64,000 nt of DNA from an uncultured delta proteobacterium (GTDB lineage: Bacteria > Myxococcota_A > Polyangia > Polyangiales > Polyangiaceae): the NCBI GenBank assembly GCA_963841435.1, contig CAWJCS010000002.1, positions 96,001-160,000 on the forward strand, written 5' to 3'. The notes beneath the pieces were generated by a model, which was not told the DNA's origin, ran no database searches, and saw only the letters and a list, made by a program, of their open reading frames with translations. This document shows, piece by piece, positions 41,506 through 52,861 of this stretch. The first letter of the stretch is position 1; each line of letters begins with the position of its first letter. Position numbers and translations under genes: made by a program.

Positions 41506-42204
41506 TCAAGCGCGGGCGCCGCCGACGGCCTCGAGCAGACGCGCCGCCAGTGCGAGACCCTCGGCCGGCTCGCGGGTGCCGCTCGACCAGGCGACGATGG
41601 CGCCGTGCAGCGCGGCGAGCTCGTCGCGTTGGGCGCGGGGCAGCTCGAAGTGCCGCGCGTCGGCGGCCGCAAGGGCGATTTCGCTCTCGGCAACCTCGAG
41701 CAACCAAGCAATCTCGGAGGGCTCCCCGTGCGACGTGTTGGCTGCGAAGCGAGAGAGGTCGTGCATGCCGCCGCGTGGCGCCTCGACAACGTCCGACTGG
41801 CGGGTGAGAGCGCGTACCCGCTCCGCCGATAGCCGCGCGAGGCTGCGAGCGACGAGGCAGAGCGCTCGGTAGAGGCTCCGGCGGGCCTTTGCTAGCGCCT
41901 CGAGGCCCTTCGCGGGGCTCGCCGGCTGGGCGGCGAGCGTCCGGCGGACCTCGGCGACGAGAGCGCGCGCGGCGAAGCAGTGTCCGGACAACAAGTCGTC
42001 CGTCGTCCCGAGATCCACCGCGCGAATCGCCCGATTCGCCCGCAGCGAAAGCTCCTTCAGCGCCTCGCGCGCCGGCTCGGGGTGGCCACCCGCGGCGCCG
42101 AGCGAGATGCTGGCGGTCGCCAGGCGGAGCTCGAGCAACTCCGGGGTCGCGGGCTCGAGGAGCGACCCGGGCGGGGGCAGATGATGTTGGTCGGAAGAGG
42201 GCAT
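41506..42204 (-). CDS. Hypothetical all-helical protein
   Basis: Ala/Leu/Arg-rich ORF filling the gap with plausible codon usage; no motif recognised. Confidence 0.5.
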   Translation of the reverse strand: MPSSDQHHLPPPGSLLEPATPELLELRLATASISLGAAGGHPEPAREALKELSLRANRAIRAVDLGTTDDLLSGHCFAARALVAEVRRTLAAQPASPAKGLEALAKARRSLYRALCLVARSLARLSAERVRALTRQSDVVEAPRGGMHDLSRFAANTSHGEPSEIAWLLEVAESEIALAAADARHFELPRAQRDELAALHGAIVAWSSGTREPAEGLALAARLLEAVGGARA

Positions 42205-42423
42205 CGACCTTCCTCTAAGCAAGACTCGCGCCGCTCGCGATCCCCCTATTTTTCAGCTGCTTCGGGGCCGAACTGCCTCGGCTCGGGACGTCCTCTGCCG
42301 GACGGGTGTCCCGTCGCGGGACGGCCGATAACTTTCCGAAACGAGGGTCGGGCCCGGTCGCGCGAGGCCGGCCCGTGGCCGGAAGCTGGCAAGGGCCCCC
42401 CGACTCTGGTGTAGGGATATCGC

Positions 42424-43620
42424 GTGGGACGCGACGTCCGCGCGGAGCAGGTAAGGACGCTCTACGGGCAGAGCCTGCCGCTCTTGGTCGGCAACGTGGC
42501 GAACGGCGCGATCGTCGCCGCGGTGCTCTGGGCGACCCAGGACCACGGGGTGATTTCCGTGTGGTTCGGAACCGTGCTGCTCGTGACGGGCGCACGGGCG
42601 GCGTTGTGGCGTGCCTTCGTCGCGCTCGCTCCGGGCACGGATGCGGTGCCGGCATGGGGTATCCGTTACTCGATCGGTGTCGCGCTCTCGGGAGCCGCCT
42701 GGGGCTCGGCCTCGCTCTTGTTCCTCGAGCCGGACCGGCCCCTTTCGGTCGCGCTCATCGGCTTTCTCATCGGCGGCATGGGCGCAGCCGCCGCGGGAAC
42801 GCTTGCCTGCTACGTGCCGGCGTTCGTCGCGTATGCGGTGCCGTTGCTCGCCGCCAACGCCCGTGACGCCATGCCCGACGGCGGCGCCCTGGCGGTCAGG
42901 ACCCGAGCCACGTTCAAGCCCGCGTCGCGCGACGCACAAGCAGTTCCGTGCGTGCTGCTCGAGGTGACGGACACCGGTTCGGGAATGCAGCCCGACGTCG
43001 TGCTCCACGCGTTCGACCCGTTCTTCACGACCAAGCCGCAGGGCCAGGGTGCCGGGCTGGGCCTCGCCAGCGTTTTCGGGATCGTCGAGCAAGGGGGAGG
43101 GCGCATCGAGGTCGAGTCGAGCCCCGGCCGCGGCAGCCGCCTCGGCGTGATCCTGCCGCTCGCCGCGGAGCTTCCGGACGCACCCGAGTCGCGCCCGCCG
43201 TCGCGACCGCCAACGGCAGCGCCCTCGCGCCGGGTGACGGTGCTCGTGGCCGAAGACGAGCGCGACGTGCGTGCCGTCGTCGCGCGCGTGCTGCGCCGCG
43301 CGGGTCACGAGGTGATCACGACTGCGGACGGCGTGGAGGCCATCGAGGCGGCCCACGCGCATGCGGAGCCGATCGACGTGCTGGTGACGGACGTCGTGAT
43401 GGCGAGGATGGGAGGGCCAGAGCTCGCCCGGCATCTGCGCGGCGAGCGACCCGAGCTCGGTGTCGTCTTCATGTCCGGGCACGTCGCCGACGACGCGCCG
43501 CCGCCGCATGACCTTTCGCACGGTGTGGTGCATCTCGACAAGCCGTTCCAGCCCCAAGATCTCGTCGCAGCGGTCAACACGTTGCTCGAGCGCGCGGTCG
43601 AGCACGCACGCTCGAGTTGA
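42424..43620 (+). CDS. Hybrid sensor kinase-like protein (TM region + HATPase + receiver) lacking a HisKA domain; probable internal deletion
   Basis: TM helices run directly into NARDAMPDGG, DTGSGM, FDPFFTTK, GAGLGL; receiver VLVAEDE...LVTDVVM...FMSG...KPF. Confidence 0.75.
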   Translation: MGRDVRAEQVRTLYGQSLPLLVGNVANGAIVAAVLWATQDHGVISVWFGTVLLVTGARAALWRAFVALAPGTDAVPAWGIRYSIGVALSGAAWGSASLLFLEPDRPLSVALIGFLIGGMGAAAAGTLACYVPAFVAYAVPLLAANARDAMPDGGALAVRTRATFKPASRDAQAVPCVLLEVTDTGSGMQPDVVLHAFDPFFTTKPQGQGAGLGLASVFGIVEQGGGRIEVESSPGRGSRLGVILPLAAELPDAPESRPPSRPPTAAPSRRVTVLVAEDERDVRAVVARVLRRAGHEVITTADGVEAIEAAHAHAEPIDVLVTDVVMARMGGPELARHLRGERPELGVVFMSGHVADDAPPPHDLSHGVVHLDKPFQPQDLVAAVNTLLERAVEHARSS

Positions 43621-43689
43621 GGCTTCAGAGCGTCGCGCTTGCGAGCAGGGTGCACGCGCACCCTGCCGTGCCGCCGCGCCGCCGAGCGC

Positions 43690-45304
43690 TCACGGCTTTC
43701 GCTTCAACCATCCGAACAACCCACCGCCGGTGGGAAACGTTCCGGAGCGCGCGCGCGGCGGGTGCGACGAACGCGTGTCGCGGCCAAGCTCGTAGAGCCT
43801 CACTTCGCGGGCCGCGTCGATGTGCCGCTCGTCGAGCTCGAGAACCATGCGAAATTCCTGGAGCGCGCTCGCGTGCTTGCCCATGCGTTTGAGCAGCTGA
43901 CCTCGGTAGTAGTGCACGCGTACGGTGTCGTTCGTCCGTGCGACGCGCTCGAGCCGAGCCCAGAGTCGCCGCAAATCGACGTCGGGCTTGCCCGCTTGCA
44001 CGAAGGTCCATAGCGCCATGAGCTCCGGGTGGTCCGGCTCCCGCGCGAGCGCGCTCGCTATCTCGTGCTCCGCCCCGGCCACGTTGCCGTGCGACAGCAT
44101 CGACTCGGCGCGCGTGAGCGTGCTCGCCGTGCTCCGCCCCCCCGAGGGCGGGACGCTCGGCGCCGGTAGGCTGGACCGCTCGCGGAGCGAACGGTCGTAG
44201 CTCCCTCGCTCGAGCGGATCGATGAGCACGCGGCGTGCCTCGACCATCTCGGCGAATTGGCGCGTCGCAACGGCGGAAAGATCGGGGAGCGCGCGCACGG
44301 GGCCGTCGGGGTGAAAGCGCTGCGCGAGCAGCGTGAATGCAGAACGTCACCTCGGAGCGCGAGGCCCCGCTCGAGATTCCCAGGACCTCGTAGTGGGTCC
44401 TTCGCGGTCGCTCGACACGGTCGTGAATTTCGGCGCGCAGCTCGGCCAGCGCAGCGCTCGCCGTCGGAATCGCACTGGGGCGCAGCTGCGGGCGCGTGTC
44501 GGCCGTGGGGGGGACGGTCGAGGTTGCGCGCGGGCCGAGCGAGCTCTCGGGCGCGCCAATCTCCACCGCGTGGGTGATGACGAGGAGGTAGATGACGCGG
44601 CCAACGGCGTCCGGTGCATCGACGCGGAGCGTCGCGAGATCGGTCGCCGAGAGCGCTCGACTTCGCAGCGCATCGACCACGGCGCGGTGCGCTCCGTCGA
44701 GGTGATAGTCGTCGATGGGCGCGTCGTCGCGCAACTTGAGGGGCCGACCGCCCAGCGTCCGGGCGAGCTCCGCCACGTCTTCTGCGCGCACGCCATCGCG
44801 GATCGCCCTCCAAACGAGCGCGCGCGGGTTCACGCGGACACCCTCGGGAGCGCCGAACATCGCGAGGTCGTTCACGCCCTCGCGGAAAACGAGCGCCGTG
44901 CTCGTCGGGAGCCCGATGAGCCAGGCGACCTGCCGTGCGAGCTGCTCCCTGAGGGCCCGGCCGAGCGTCGTCGGGTTGACGATTCCGTCGCTCAGCAACG
45001 CGTCGCCGTAGAGCGTACCGGCCTGCCGAGCGCGCGAGAGGGTCTCCCGGCGCTGCTCGTCGGTGAGCGCTCCGACCTCGACGAGCACGTCGCCGAGCAA
45101 CGCCACGGGCTTCGCGGTGCGCACCTTGCGGGGTGCCCCGGCTTCCAGATGGACGCGGTGCCCCGCGCCGTTCGCCTCCTCGAGCACGAGCGTGCCGCTG
45201 AGCCGCCGGTCAACGGCATCGGCGAGCCACCACGCGAGCGGTGTGCTCTTCAGCGTGACGGAAACGTCAATCCCGGGATCGGACACGACCTTGCCTTCGA
45301 GCAT
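43690..45304 (-). CDS. DUF4388-like + DnaJ (J-domain) + TPR protein, one frameshift near 44343
   Basis: SGTLVL...LLGDVLV..G N-terminal region; HYEVLGI; after deleting one base reads EVTSAFTLLAQRFHPD (HPD motif); TPR VHYYRGQLLK. Confidence 0.8.
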
Positions 45305-45572
45305 TGCATGAGCAAAGTGTCGGGAACGTATCGGCTACCGTGCTCGTGGCTCGCGCTTCGTGCCGTCGCGGACCTCGGAGCCGGTACCCCCCCTGGGTTC
45401 GAATCGAATACGAAAGTCGTCCGTAGCACGAGCGCCACCCGCCTGCCGATGGGGATTTTTTCGGCGCGGACGCGGGAGGCGTTTCATAATCGTCACGGTG
45501 CGCCGCCCGTTTGCCATATCACTTGCGAGGGTAGCCTCGCGAGACTGTGTCGTTCTGGCTCAAGTCGCTGCG

Positions 45573-46319
45573 ATGGTCGCGGCCCTGCTCGGCCCCGGCT
45601 GTGCCAAGCCGCACGAGGACACCCGCCTCGCTCCCGTGGTCGCTTTGGTCGAAAAGAGGCCAGCGTCCCCGTCCCCCCGGTCCGAGGCGAGCGCCGGCGC
45701 GGCGACCCCGCCGACGGCCGGTCCAGGGACCGCCGTCGCCCGCCCTGGAAGCGCGTCGGCCGAACCGGGCGCGCCTTTGCCGTCGGCCGCCGGCGCCTCG
45801 CCGTCGCCTTCGGCTGCCGACGCGACCGCTTGGTTCGAGCCGATCTTCGACGCGCACGGCGTCCCGCTGCCGCAGACCGACGAACGCCCCCGCAGCGACG
45901 ACCCCGCATTCCTCGCACGCATCACGCTGCTCGCCGAAGCCATCGCTCGCGACGACCCGGAGCACGCGCGCCCTGCGTTCTTCCCGCTCGTCGCCTACGA
46001 ACAGGTGAAGGCCATCCGCGACCCCGCGCGCGACTATCGCGTTCGGCTGCTTGCCGCGTTCGAGGAAAACGTCCACGACTATCACCGCGCGCTCGGCAGC
46101 GCCGCGGCGACGGCGCGCTTCGAGAGCGTCGAGGTGCCGGGCACCGGCGTGCGCTTCATGAAGGTCGGCGCCGAAGGGAACCGGCTCGGCTACTTTCGCG
46201 TGCTGCGCTCTCGCCTCACGCTCGGGACCGAGGACGGACGCCGGCATTCCTTCGAGATCACCTCGATGATCTCCTGGCGCGGCGCCTGGTACGTCGTGCA
46301 CCTCCACGGCTTCTCTTGA
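45573..46319 (+). CDS. Hypothetical lipoprotein
   Basis: LGPGC lipobox-like, Pro/Ala linker, globular LPQTDERP...AFFPLVAYEQVK...SMISWRGAWYVVHL. Start uncertain. Confidence 0.65.
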   Translation: MVAALLGPGCAKPHEDTRLAPVVALVEKRPASPSPRSEASAGAATPPTAGPGTAVARPGSASAEPGAPLPSAAGASPSPSAADATAWFEPIFDAHGVPLPQTDERPRSDDPAFLARITLLAEAIARDDPEHARPAFFPLVAYEQVKAIRDPARDYRVRLLAAFEENVHDYHRALGSAAATARFESVEVPGTGVRFMKVGAEGNRLGYFRVLRSRLTLGTEDGRRHSFEITSMISWRGAWYVVHLHGFS

Positions 46320-46407
46320 CCGCCACGGTGAGCAAGCGCCGGGCGTGCGTCCAGCCGCGCGTCGCGCGCTCCCTCGCGGCGCGCGACGAGGGGGCTCGTC
46401 GCGAGTG

Positions 46408-46920
46408 CTACTCGCTGCCGCCCAGCTCGCCGTCGTCCAGGTGTGCGGGCTCGGCGCGGCTGCGGCAGTCGAGACACAAGAGGCCGCGCGCCGCGTGGTG
46501 CTTGAGGTGGGTGCGCGCGCCGCAGACTTCGCAGCGGAAGTTCGCCGTCTCGTTGCCGGATGCCGCCAGCACGTCTTCGCGCGTCACGATTCCGACTGCA
46601 TGCTCGCCGCGCATGATCAACACCGAGCCCACGACTTCGTCGCTCATGCGTTGCATGGCGTCCGCGATCGTGGCCGTCACGTCGAGCACCACGGCGGGGC
46701 GCTGCAGTGCCCGCTTGACGGGCGCGTCGAGCGCGAGCTCCTCGAGGTCGCACGTGCACACCACGCCCAGCAGCTCCTTGCCGTCGAACAACGGCATATG
46801 GTGGATCCCGCACGTCTTGCAGAGCTCGAGCGCGTCGAAGACCGCGGTGTCGGCCTCGATGACGTGGAGCGGAGATTTCATGATGGATTCGAGCGACGGA
46901 GCGAATGGGGCGGCGTGCAT
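46408..46920 (-). CDS. CBS-pair protein with C-terminal Cys4 zinc ribbon
   Basis: IMKSPLHVI...IHHMPLFDGKELLGVV, VGSVLI...VGIVTREDV; CEVC...CLDC. Confidence 0.82.
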   Translation of the reverse strand: MHAAPFAPSLESIMKSPLHVIEADTAVFDALELCKTCGIHHMPLFDGKELLGVVCTCDLEELALDAPVKRALQRPAVVLDVTATIADAMQRMSDEVVGSVLIMRGEHAVGIVTREDVLAASGNETANFRCEVCGARTHLKHHAARGLLCLDCRSRAEPAHLDDGELGGSE

Positions 46921-47041
46921 GGCGGTGCCTCCTCTTCGCGAAACGTGGGCCCCGAACCGCGTCCAGCGAGCTTCGGCTCCGTTTCCGGCGCGCGCGGTGG
47001 GAGCGTCCTTGCGAAAGCGGGCGGAAACGCGCGCCCCCGCG

Positions 47042-48664
<1,623 letters not shown>

Positions 48665-48814
48665 GGGCGCCGACCTAGCCCCGCGCGCGCCGCAGGGCAA
48701 CCCGGGAAGCGCCCAGCGCTTCGGCGTCGCCCCGATTCGTCGGCCACTGCGCAATATCCCCGCTATCTGCGCCGAAGAACGCGGGGTTGCCCGAGCGGTA
48801 CTAGACTCTCGCGC

Positions 48815-49348
48815 ATGGAGTCCGAGTTTCGCCATTGCAGCATCTGCAAGCAGTCGATCGCGTTCGGGCAAGAGTACTATCAATGCAGCGTCTCGACCTG
48901 CAACCGGGCGAGGATCGCGCTCTACTTCTGCTCGGTGTCGTGCTGGGACGCGCACCTACCCGACGCACGCCACCGTGAGGCCTGGGCCGAGCCCGTGACG
49001 GCTCCCTCTCGCGAGGCGTGGGAGCGCGAGCAGGCCGATCAGGCGCGGCGCACGGCGGAAAAGCCCCGCGCGGCCGCGACCGCACAGGCCCCGGCGGCGC
49101 GACTGGCTTCTCCCGATGCCATCCCGCGCGAGGTGCTGATCGTCGCGTCCAAAGCCAAGGACTACGTGCGCACCCGCTCGGGCATGAACACGTCCGACGG
49201 CCTGTTCGAACGGCTCTCGGACCGCCTTCGACACCTGTGCGACCTTGCCATCGCGAGCGCCGCGCGCGACGGTCGAAAGACGGTGCTCGATCGCGATCTG
49301 CCGCGCCCGCTCACCGGTCCACGCGTGATCCGCCGCCCGCCCGCGTAG
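48815..49348 (+). CDS. Bacterial histone-fold protein with N-terminal Cys/His zinc finger (ZZ-histone-like)
   Basis: N-terminal CSIC...CSVSTC...CSVSCWDAH...H; C-terminal EVLIVASKAKDYVRTRSGMNTSDGLFERLSDRLRHLCDLAIASAARDGRKTVLDRD carrying the histone-fold RKTVxxxD signature. Confidence 0.85.
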   Translation: MESEFRHCSICKQSIAFGQEYYQCSVSTCNRARIALYFCSVSCWDAHLPDARHREAWAEPVTAPSREAWEREQADQARRTAEKPRAAATAQAPAARLASPDAIPREVLIVASKAKDYVRTRSGMNTSDGLFERLSDRLRHLCDLAIASAARDGRKTVLDRDLPRPLTGPRVIRRPPA

Positions 49349-49360
49349 GCCGCGCCCCGT

Positions 49361-50002
49361 TCACGGTCGTCCGCGCGCCCAAAGCGGGTTCACGTCGCAC
49401 GCCGCTCCGCCGCGCAGGCGTGAAATGAGCAAAAAGGGCGGTGGATACTCGTAGGGATCCTCGAGCCAAGCCGACAGGTTTAGGACGCTCGACTCCATGC
49501 GCTCGGTGTGCCCGAGGCTGCCGCCCCGGAAAGCAGGGTAATGCTCCTCGGCATAGACGTTGTCGACGCCACGGCGGCAAAGATCACCGGCCTGCACGTA
49601 AGCGCTCAGGCAGGCGTGGTGCACGGCCTCGTCGACGGGCGGATAGGCGGAGCCCCAGGTCAAGCTCGGGTCGACCACGAAACAGGCGAGCCGCGTCATC
49701 TGCACGATGCCGAGAATCGCGAGCGCTCCCCAAGCGAAGCAGAGCCCGGGCCGTCGCGAGAGCGCGCCGTCCCAGCGCGCTGGCAGTCGTTCGGCGAATA
49801 TCCGGAGCGCCGCGCGGCTCCGCGCGTCGACGAGCAGGGCGACCGCCGTCGCGAAAACGAGGGCGCCGACCAGCGGAACCGCGCTCACACCCAGGCCGAC
49901 AGCCCGCTCGACGAGCCCGCCGAGCACCACGAGCGCCGGCAACACGACCAGCAGCACGAGAGCGCCGCCGACGAGCACCCGTTCCAGGCCGATCCTGGCC
50001 AC
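49361..50002 (-). pseudogene. Truncated GT87/DUF2029-like membrane glycosyltransferase (N-terminal part)
   Basis: Three TM helices, then DPYEYPPPFLL (YPP motif); the frame ends ~27 codons later without the expected further TM helices. Confidence 0.5.
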
Positions 50003-50136
50003 GAGGGAGCCTAACCTGTGTGCTCAGCGCGGTCGATGTCGGCGCAGGCACGGGCATCTCGACGCGACTGCTCGTCGAGCTGCGCCGACGTTTACCGTTC
50101 GGAACGCTCGCCGAGGGCCTTCGACGGTTCTCTCGA

Positions 50137-50862
50137 CTAAGGCGCCAGGAAGGGCAGCGGAGTGTCCGCCCCGAGCGCGCTCGCCGCGCGCGCGTCAGTC
50201 CTTGGGGTGACGATCAGGAACGCCTGTTCGAGAACCCGCGTCCCGCCACGCTCGCGGAAGCGCGGCTCGGCGACAGTCAGATCACGCTCGTCGAGCAGCT
50301 CGATGTCAGCGCCCTCGTAGAGCGCGCGGACCTGGTCCTGATCGACGCTGAACGGTGGCCCGACCGTTTGGTCGCCGTCGTGAAAGAGCGTGACGAGCAG
50401 CGTGGGTGCCCTCGGCCGGAGCGCTCGCTTGCAGGTCGCGACGTAGCGCGGGCGATCCTCGGGGCTTAGCGCGATGAGCGCCGCGCGGTCGTACGCGGCG
50501 TCGAAGCGGTCCTCCGGCGGTAGCTCGAGCGCGAAGAAATCGCCCACGGCGATGCGCACGTCGGCAGCCTGAAGCGCGTCGAATTCGTGGAAGCGCTCGC
50601 GCGTCGGGGTGATGTTCCGCTCGCGAAAGAACGCGTCCGCCGCCTCTTCCACGAGCTCGACGCCGGTCACGCTGCAGCCGTGTCGCGCGAGCAGCTCGAG
50701 GTCCGCCGATTTCCCGGCGAGTGGCACGAGCACGTGCCGCCCGCCGTCGGGCGCGGCGGCGAGCAGCCGGTTGACGTGCGCCTTCAAGAAGGCGTTGGGC
50801 TCACCCTCGTGAAAGCCGATGAGCCCGCGTGCCCAGCGCTCGCGCCAGAAGGCCTCGTGCAT
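50137..50862 (-). CDS. Thiopurine S-methyltransferase (TPMT) family
   Basis: FWRERW...IGFH, VLVPLAGKSAD, GVEL, GDFF, YDRAALIAL, GPPFSV. Confidence 0.92.
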   Translation of the reverse strand: MHEAFWRERWARGLIGFHEGEPNAFLKAHVNRLLAAAPDGGRHVLVPLAGKSADLELLARHGCSVTGVELVEEAADAFFRERNITPTRERFHEFDALQAADVRIAVGDFFALELPPEDRFDAAYDRAALIALSPEDRPRYVATCKRALRPRAPTLLVTLFHDGDQTVGPPFSVDQDQVRALYEGADIELLDERDLTVAEPRFRERGGTRVLEQAFLIVTPRTDARAASALGADTPLPFLAP

Positions 50863-50936
50863 GTCGGAGCGAGTCCGGTAGCACGAATCCGACGGCGCCG
50901 CCCGGCGCCTGAGGAGGCGCGGGCCGAGCGGTGACG

Positions 50937-52313
50937 TCACTGTGGACGGGATGGCAGGGTCGTCGGAGCGCTACCGGTGAGCGCGAAGTACGAGTCGTAC
51001 ACGAGCTGGCGCGTGTAGACGGGGTTGTGCACGCCGCCGCCGGAGCCGCGCGCGAGCAGGAGGTAGTTGTAGACGGCGCCCGCGACGTCGGCGGCGATCC
51101 CCGATTGCGAGGCGACCTTGTCCACGGCGAACTCACGATCCGCGAGATCGGTGGAGGTGAGCGGGCCGCTGCCACGCGTGAGGAAGCCCTCCGTGTTGAG
51201 CTCGACGCGAAGCTCCTGGATGTTGTCCATCATCGCCGTCTGCTGGCCGTTGATGTCGAAGCTGTCCGGGTTCGAGTGGCAGCCCTGCTTGCCGCACGCG
51301 GAGAGCTGCGGATAAAACGAGTGATTGCCGACGCCCTGGTTGGAGGCGACCGGAGGCATGTGGCAATCGATGCAGCCGTTCGCGAACGCCTGGTGCGACG
51401 ACGTCTTGTACGTCTTGCCGCTGTAGTGATAGCCGCCCTTGCCCGTGTAGATGTCGGACTGCGGCCCCTCGTGCGGGCCCCAGTAGCCGCTGAGATTGTT
51501 GGACGCGCCGATGTAGTTGGTCACGTCCTTGCGCGACTTGTGGCACCAGATGCAAGCGTTGCCCTTGCCGTAGGGGCCCGCGGGCGTGCCGTCAACGACG
51601 CCGACCGCCGAGCTCTTTTCGAGCAGCGCTTGCTTGCCCGTGCCCGTCGGAACGCGCAGCGGGAACGAGCCCGCCTGATACGTCTCACCCGTGACGTGCG
51701 GGTCGGTCGCGGGGTCAACGTCGTGGCACGTCGTGCAGTGCACGACGGCGACGGTGGCGGTCCCTGCGTAGGTGGCCTCCGTGACACGACTGTTGGTGCT
51801 GTCGAGATAGTTGTTTTGCCCCAGCGCGGATTGGGGGCTGTTCGTGCCGTTGACGTTCACGTTGCCTGCGAGCCGCTGCTCGATGCCGTCGATCGCGTGG
51901 CAGTTGCCGCACGCCGTGGCACCCGTCCAGGTGGGCACTTCTTCTCCGCCGAGGTTCGCGATGAACGTGGCGTAGTGAGTGCTCGTCTTCCACTGCTCCA
52001 CGATGCCGGTGAAGCCGTGGCACGGCGACAGGCATGACGTCTCGAGCGTGCCCGCGGGGATCTCGCCGGGTGGTCCCGGGTCGCCGGGATCGCCCGGGTC
52101 CCCCGGCACGCCCTGCGGACCGGTCTTGCCCTGGTCTCCAGGCGGCCCGAGGTCACCCTGCTGTCCCTGCCCACCCTGCGGCCCCACGTCGCCACGCGGA
52201 CCTGCCGGCCCTTGCGCGCCGGGCTTCCCGTCCTCTCCCGAGCAGGCGAGGACAAGCGATCCCAACGCGAGTGCAACCGACAAGACAGAAGCGATGTTCG
52301 AGCGCCGAAGCAT
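50937..52313 (-). CDS. Multiheme c-type cytochrome lipoprotein with collagen-like stalk (~6 hemes)
   Basis: Lipobox LVLAC; 20 consecutive Gly-X-Y triplets; CGNCH, CTTCH, CIWCH, CIDCH plus non-canonical CLSPCH and CGKQGCH. Confidence 0.88.
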   Translation of the reverse strand: MLRRSNIASVLSVALALGSLVLACSGEDGKPGAQGPAGPRGDVGPQGGQGQQGDLGPPGDQGKTGPQGVPGDPGDPGDPGPPGEIPAGTLETSCLSPCHGFTGIVEQWKTSTHYATFIANLGGEEVPTWTGATACGNCHAIDGIEQRLAGNVNVNGTNSPQSALGQNNYLDSTNSRVTEATYAGTATVAVVHCTTCHDVDPATDPHVTGETYQAGSFPLRVPTGTGKQALLEKSSAVGVVDGTPAGPYGKGNACIWCHKSRKDVTNYIGASNNLSGYWGPHEGPQSDIYTGKGGYHYSGKTYKTSSHQAFANGCIDCHMPPVASNQGVGNHSFYPQLSACGKQGCHSNPDSFDINGQQTAMMDNIQELRVELNTEGFLTRGSGPLTSTDLADREFAVDKVASQSGIAADVAGAVYNYLLLARGSGGGVHNPVYTRQLVYDSYFALTGSAPTTLPSRPQ

Positions 52314-52576
52314 GTGTGACCTCCGCAGCAATGTCCCCGAAGAGAATCTCCGCCCGCGAGCGCCATCGAGCGGCGCTTCCACGCGACCATCGTCTCGTAG
52401 CCCGGGAGCCTCCCGACGTTGACCCTTCATGACCGCTACTCTCGACACTCAGCAATTCGGTAAGGTCACGCACCGATGACAGCGACGTTGCGGCCGCAGG
52501 GAAAGAGAGGCGCGCAGATTTATCGCGTCGTCGCGCTAGCTTCGGAATGATTTGCGCGTCACAGGACGCGCGCAAG

Positions 52577-52861
52577 TCACCGCGCAGCGTCCGAAGGTTC
52601 CTTTTGCGGCGCCGGCGGCAAGCTGCTGCCACTCGCCCGTGCCCTGCGCCGCGCAAGATCTGCGATTACCGCCAGGAGGTAACTCGAAAACGCGAGCCCG
52701 CCGAGCACGTGCCCAATGCTCATGGCGCCAATGATTGGCAATGGCTTCGGGAACAAAATCGAGAGCACGAACAGCGAAAGCGCCCCGAGCCCGAGCAAGC
52801 ACGCGACGTTGACGAGCCGCTCGATCGGCCGCGAAATGAGGCGTCTGAACAGGCCCGTCAT
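52577..52861 (-). CDS. Small two-TM membrane protein
   Basis: Two hydrophobic helices, a His at the start of TM2 (SIGHVLGG); ATGA overlap with the NapC-like gene. Confidence 0.7.
   Translation of the reverse strand: MTGLFRRLISRPIERLVNVACLLGLGALSLFVLSILFPKPLPIIGAMSIGHVLGGLAFSSYLLAVIADLARRRARASGSSLPPAPQKEPSDAAR

Noticed and set aside
52320-52570. FNR- or sigma54-type sites upstream of the cytochrome genes
   Set aside because: No convincing TTGAT-N4-ATCAA or TGGCAC-N5-TTGC match was found by eye.
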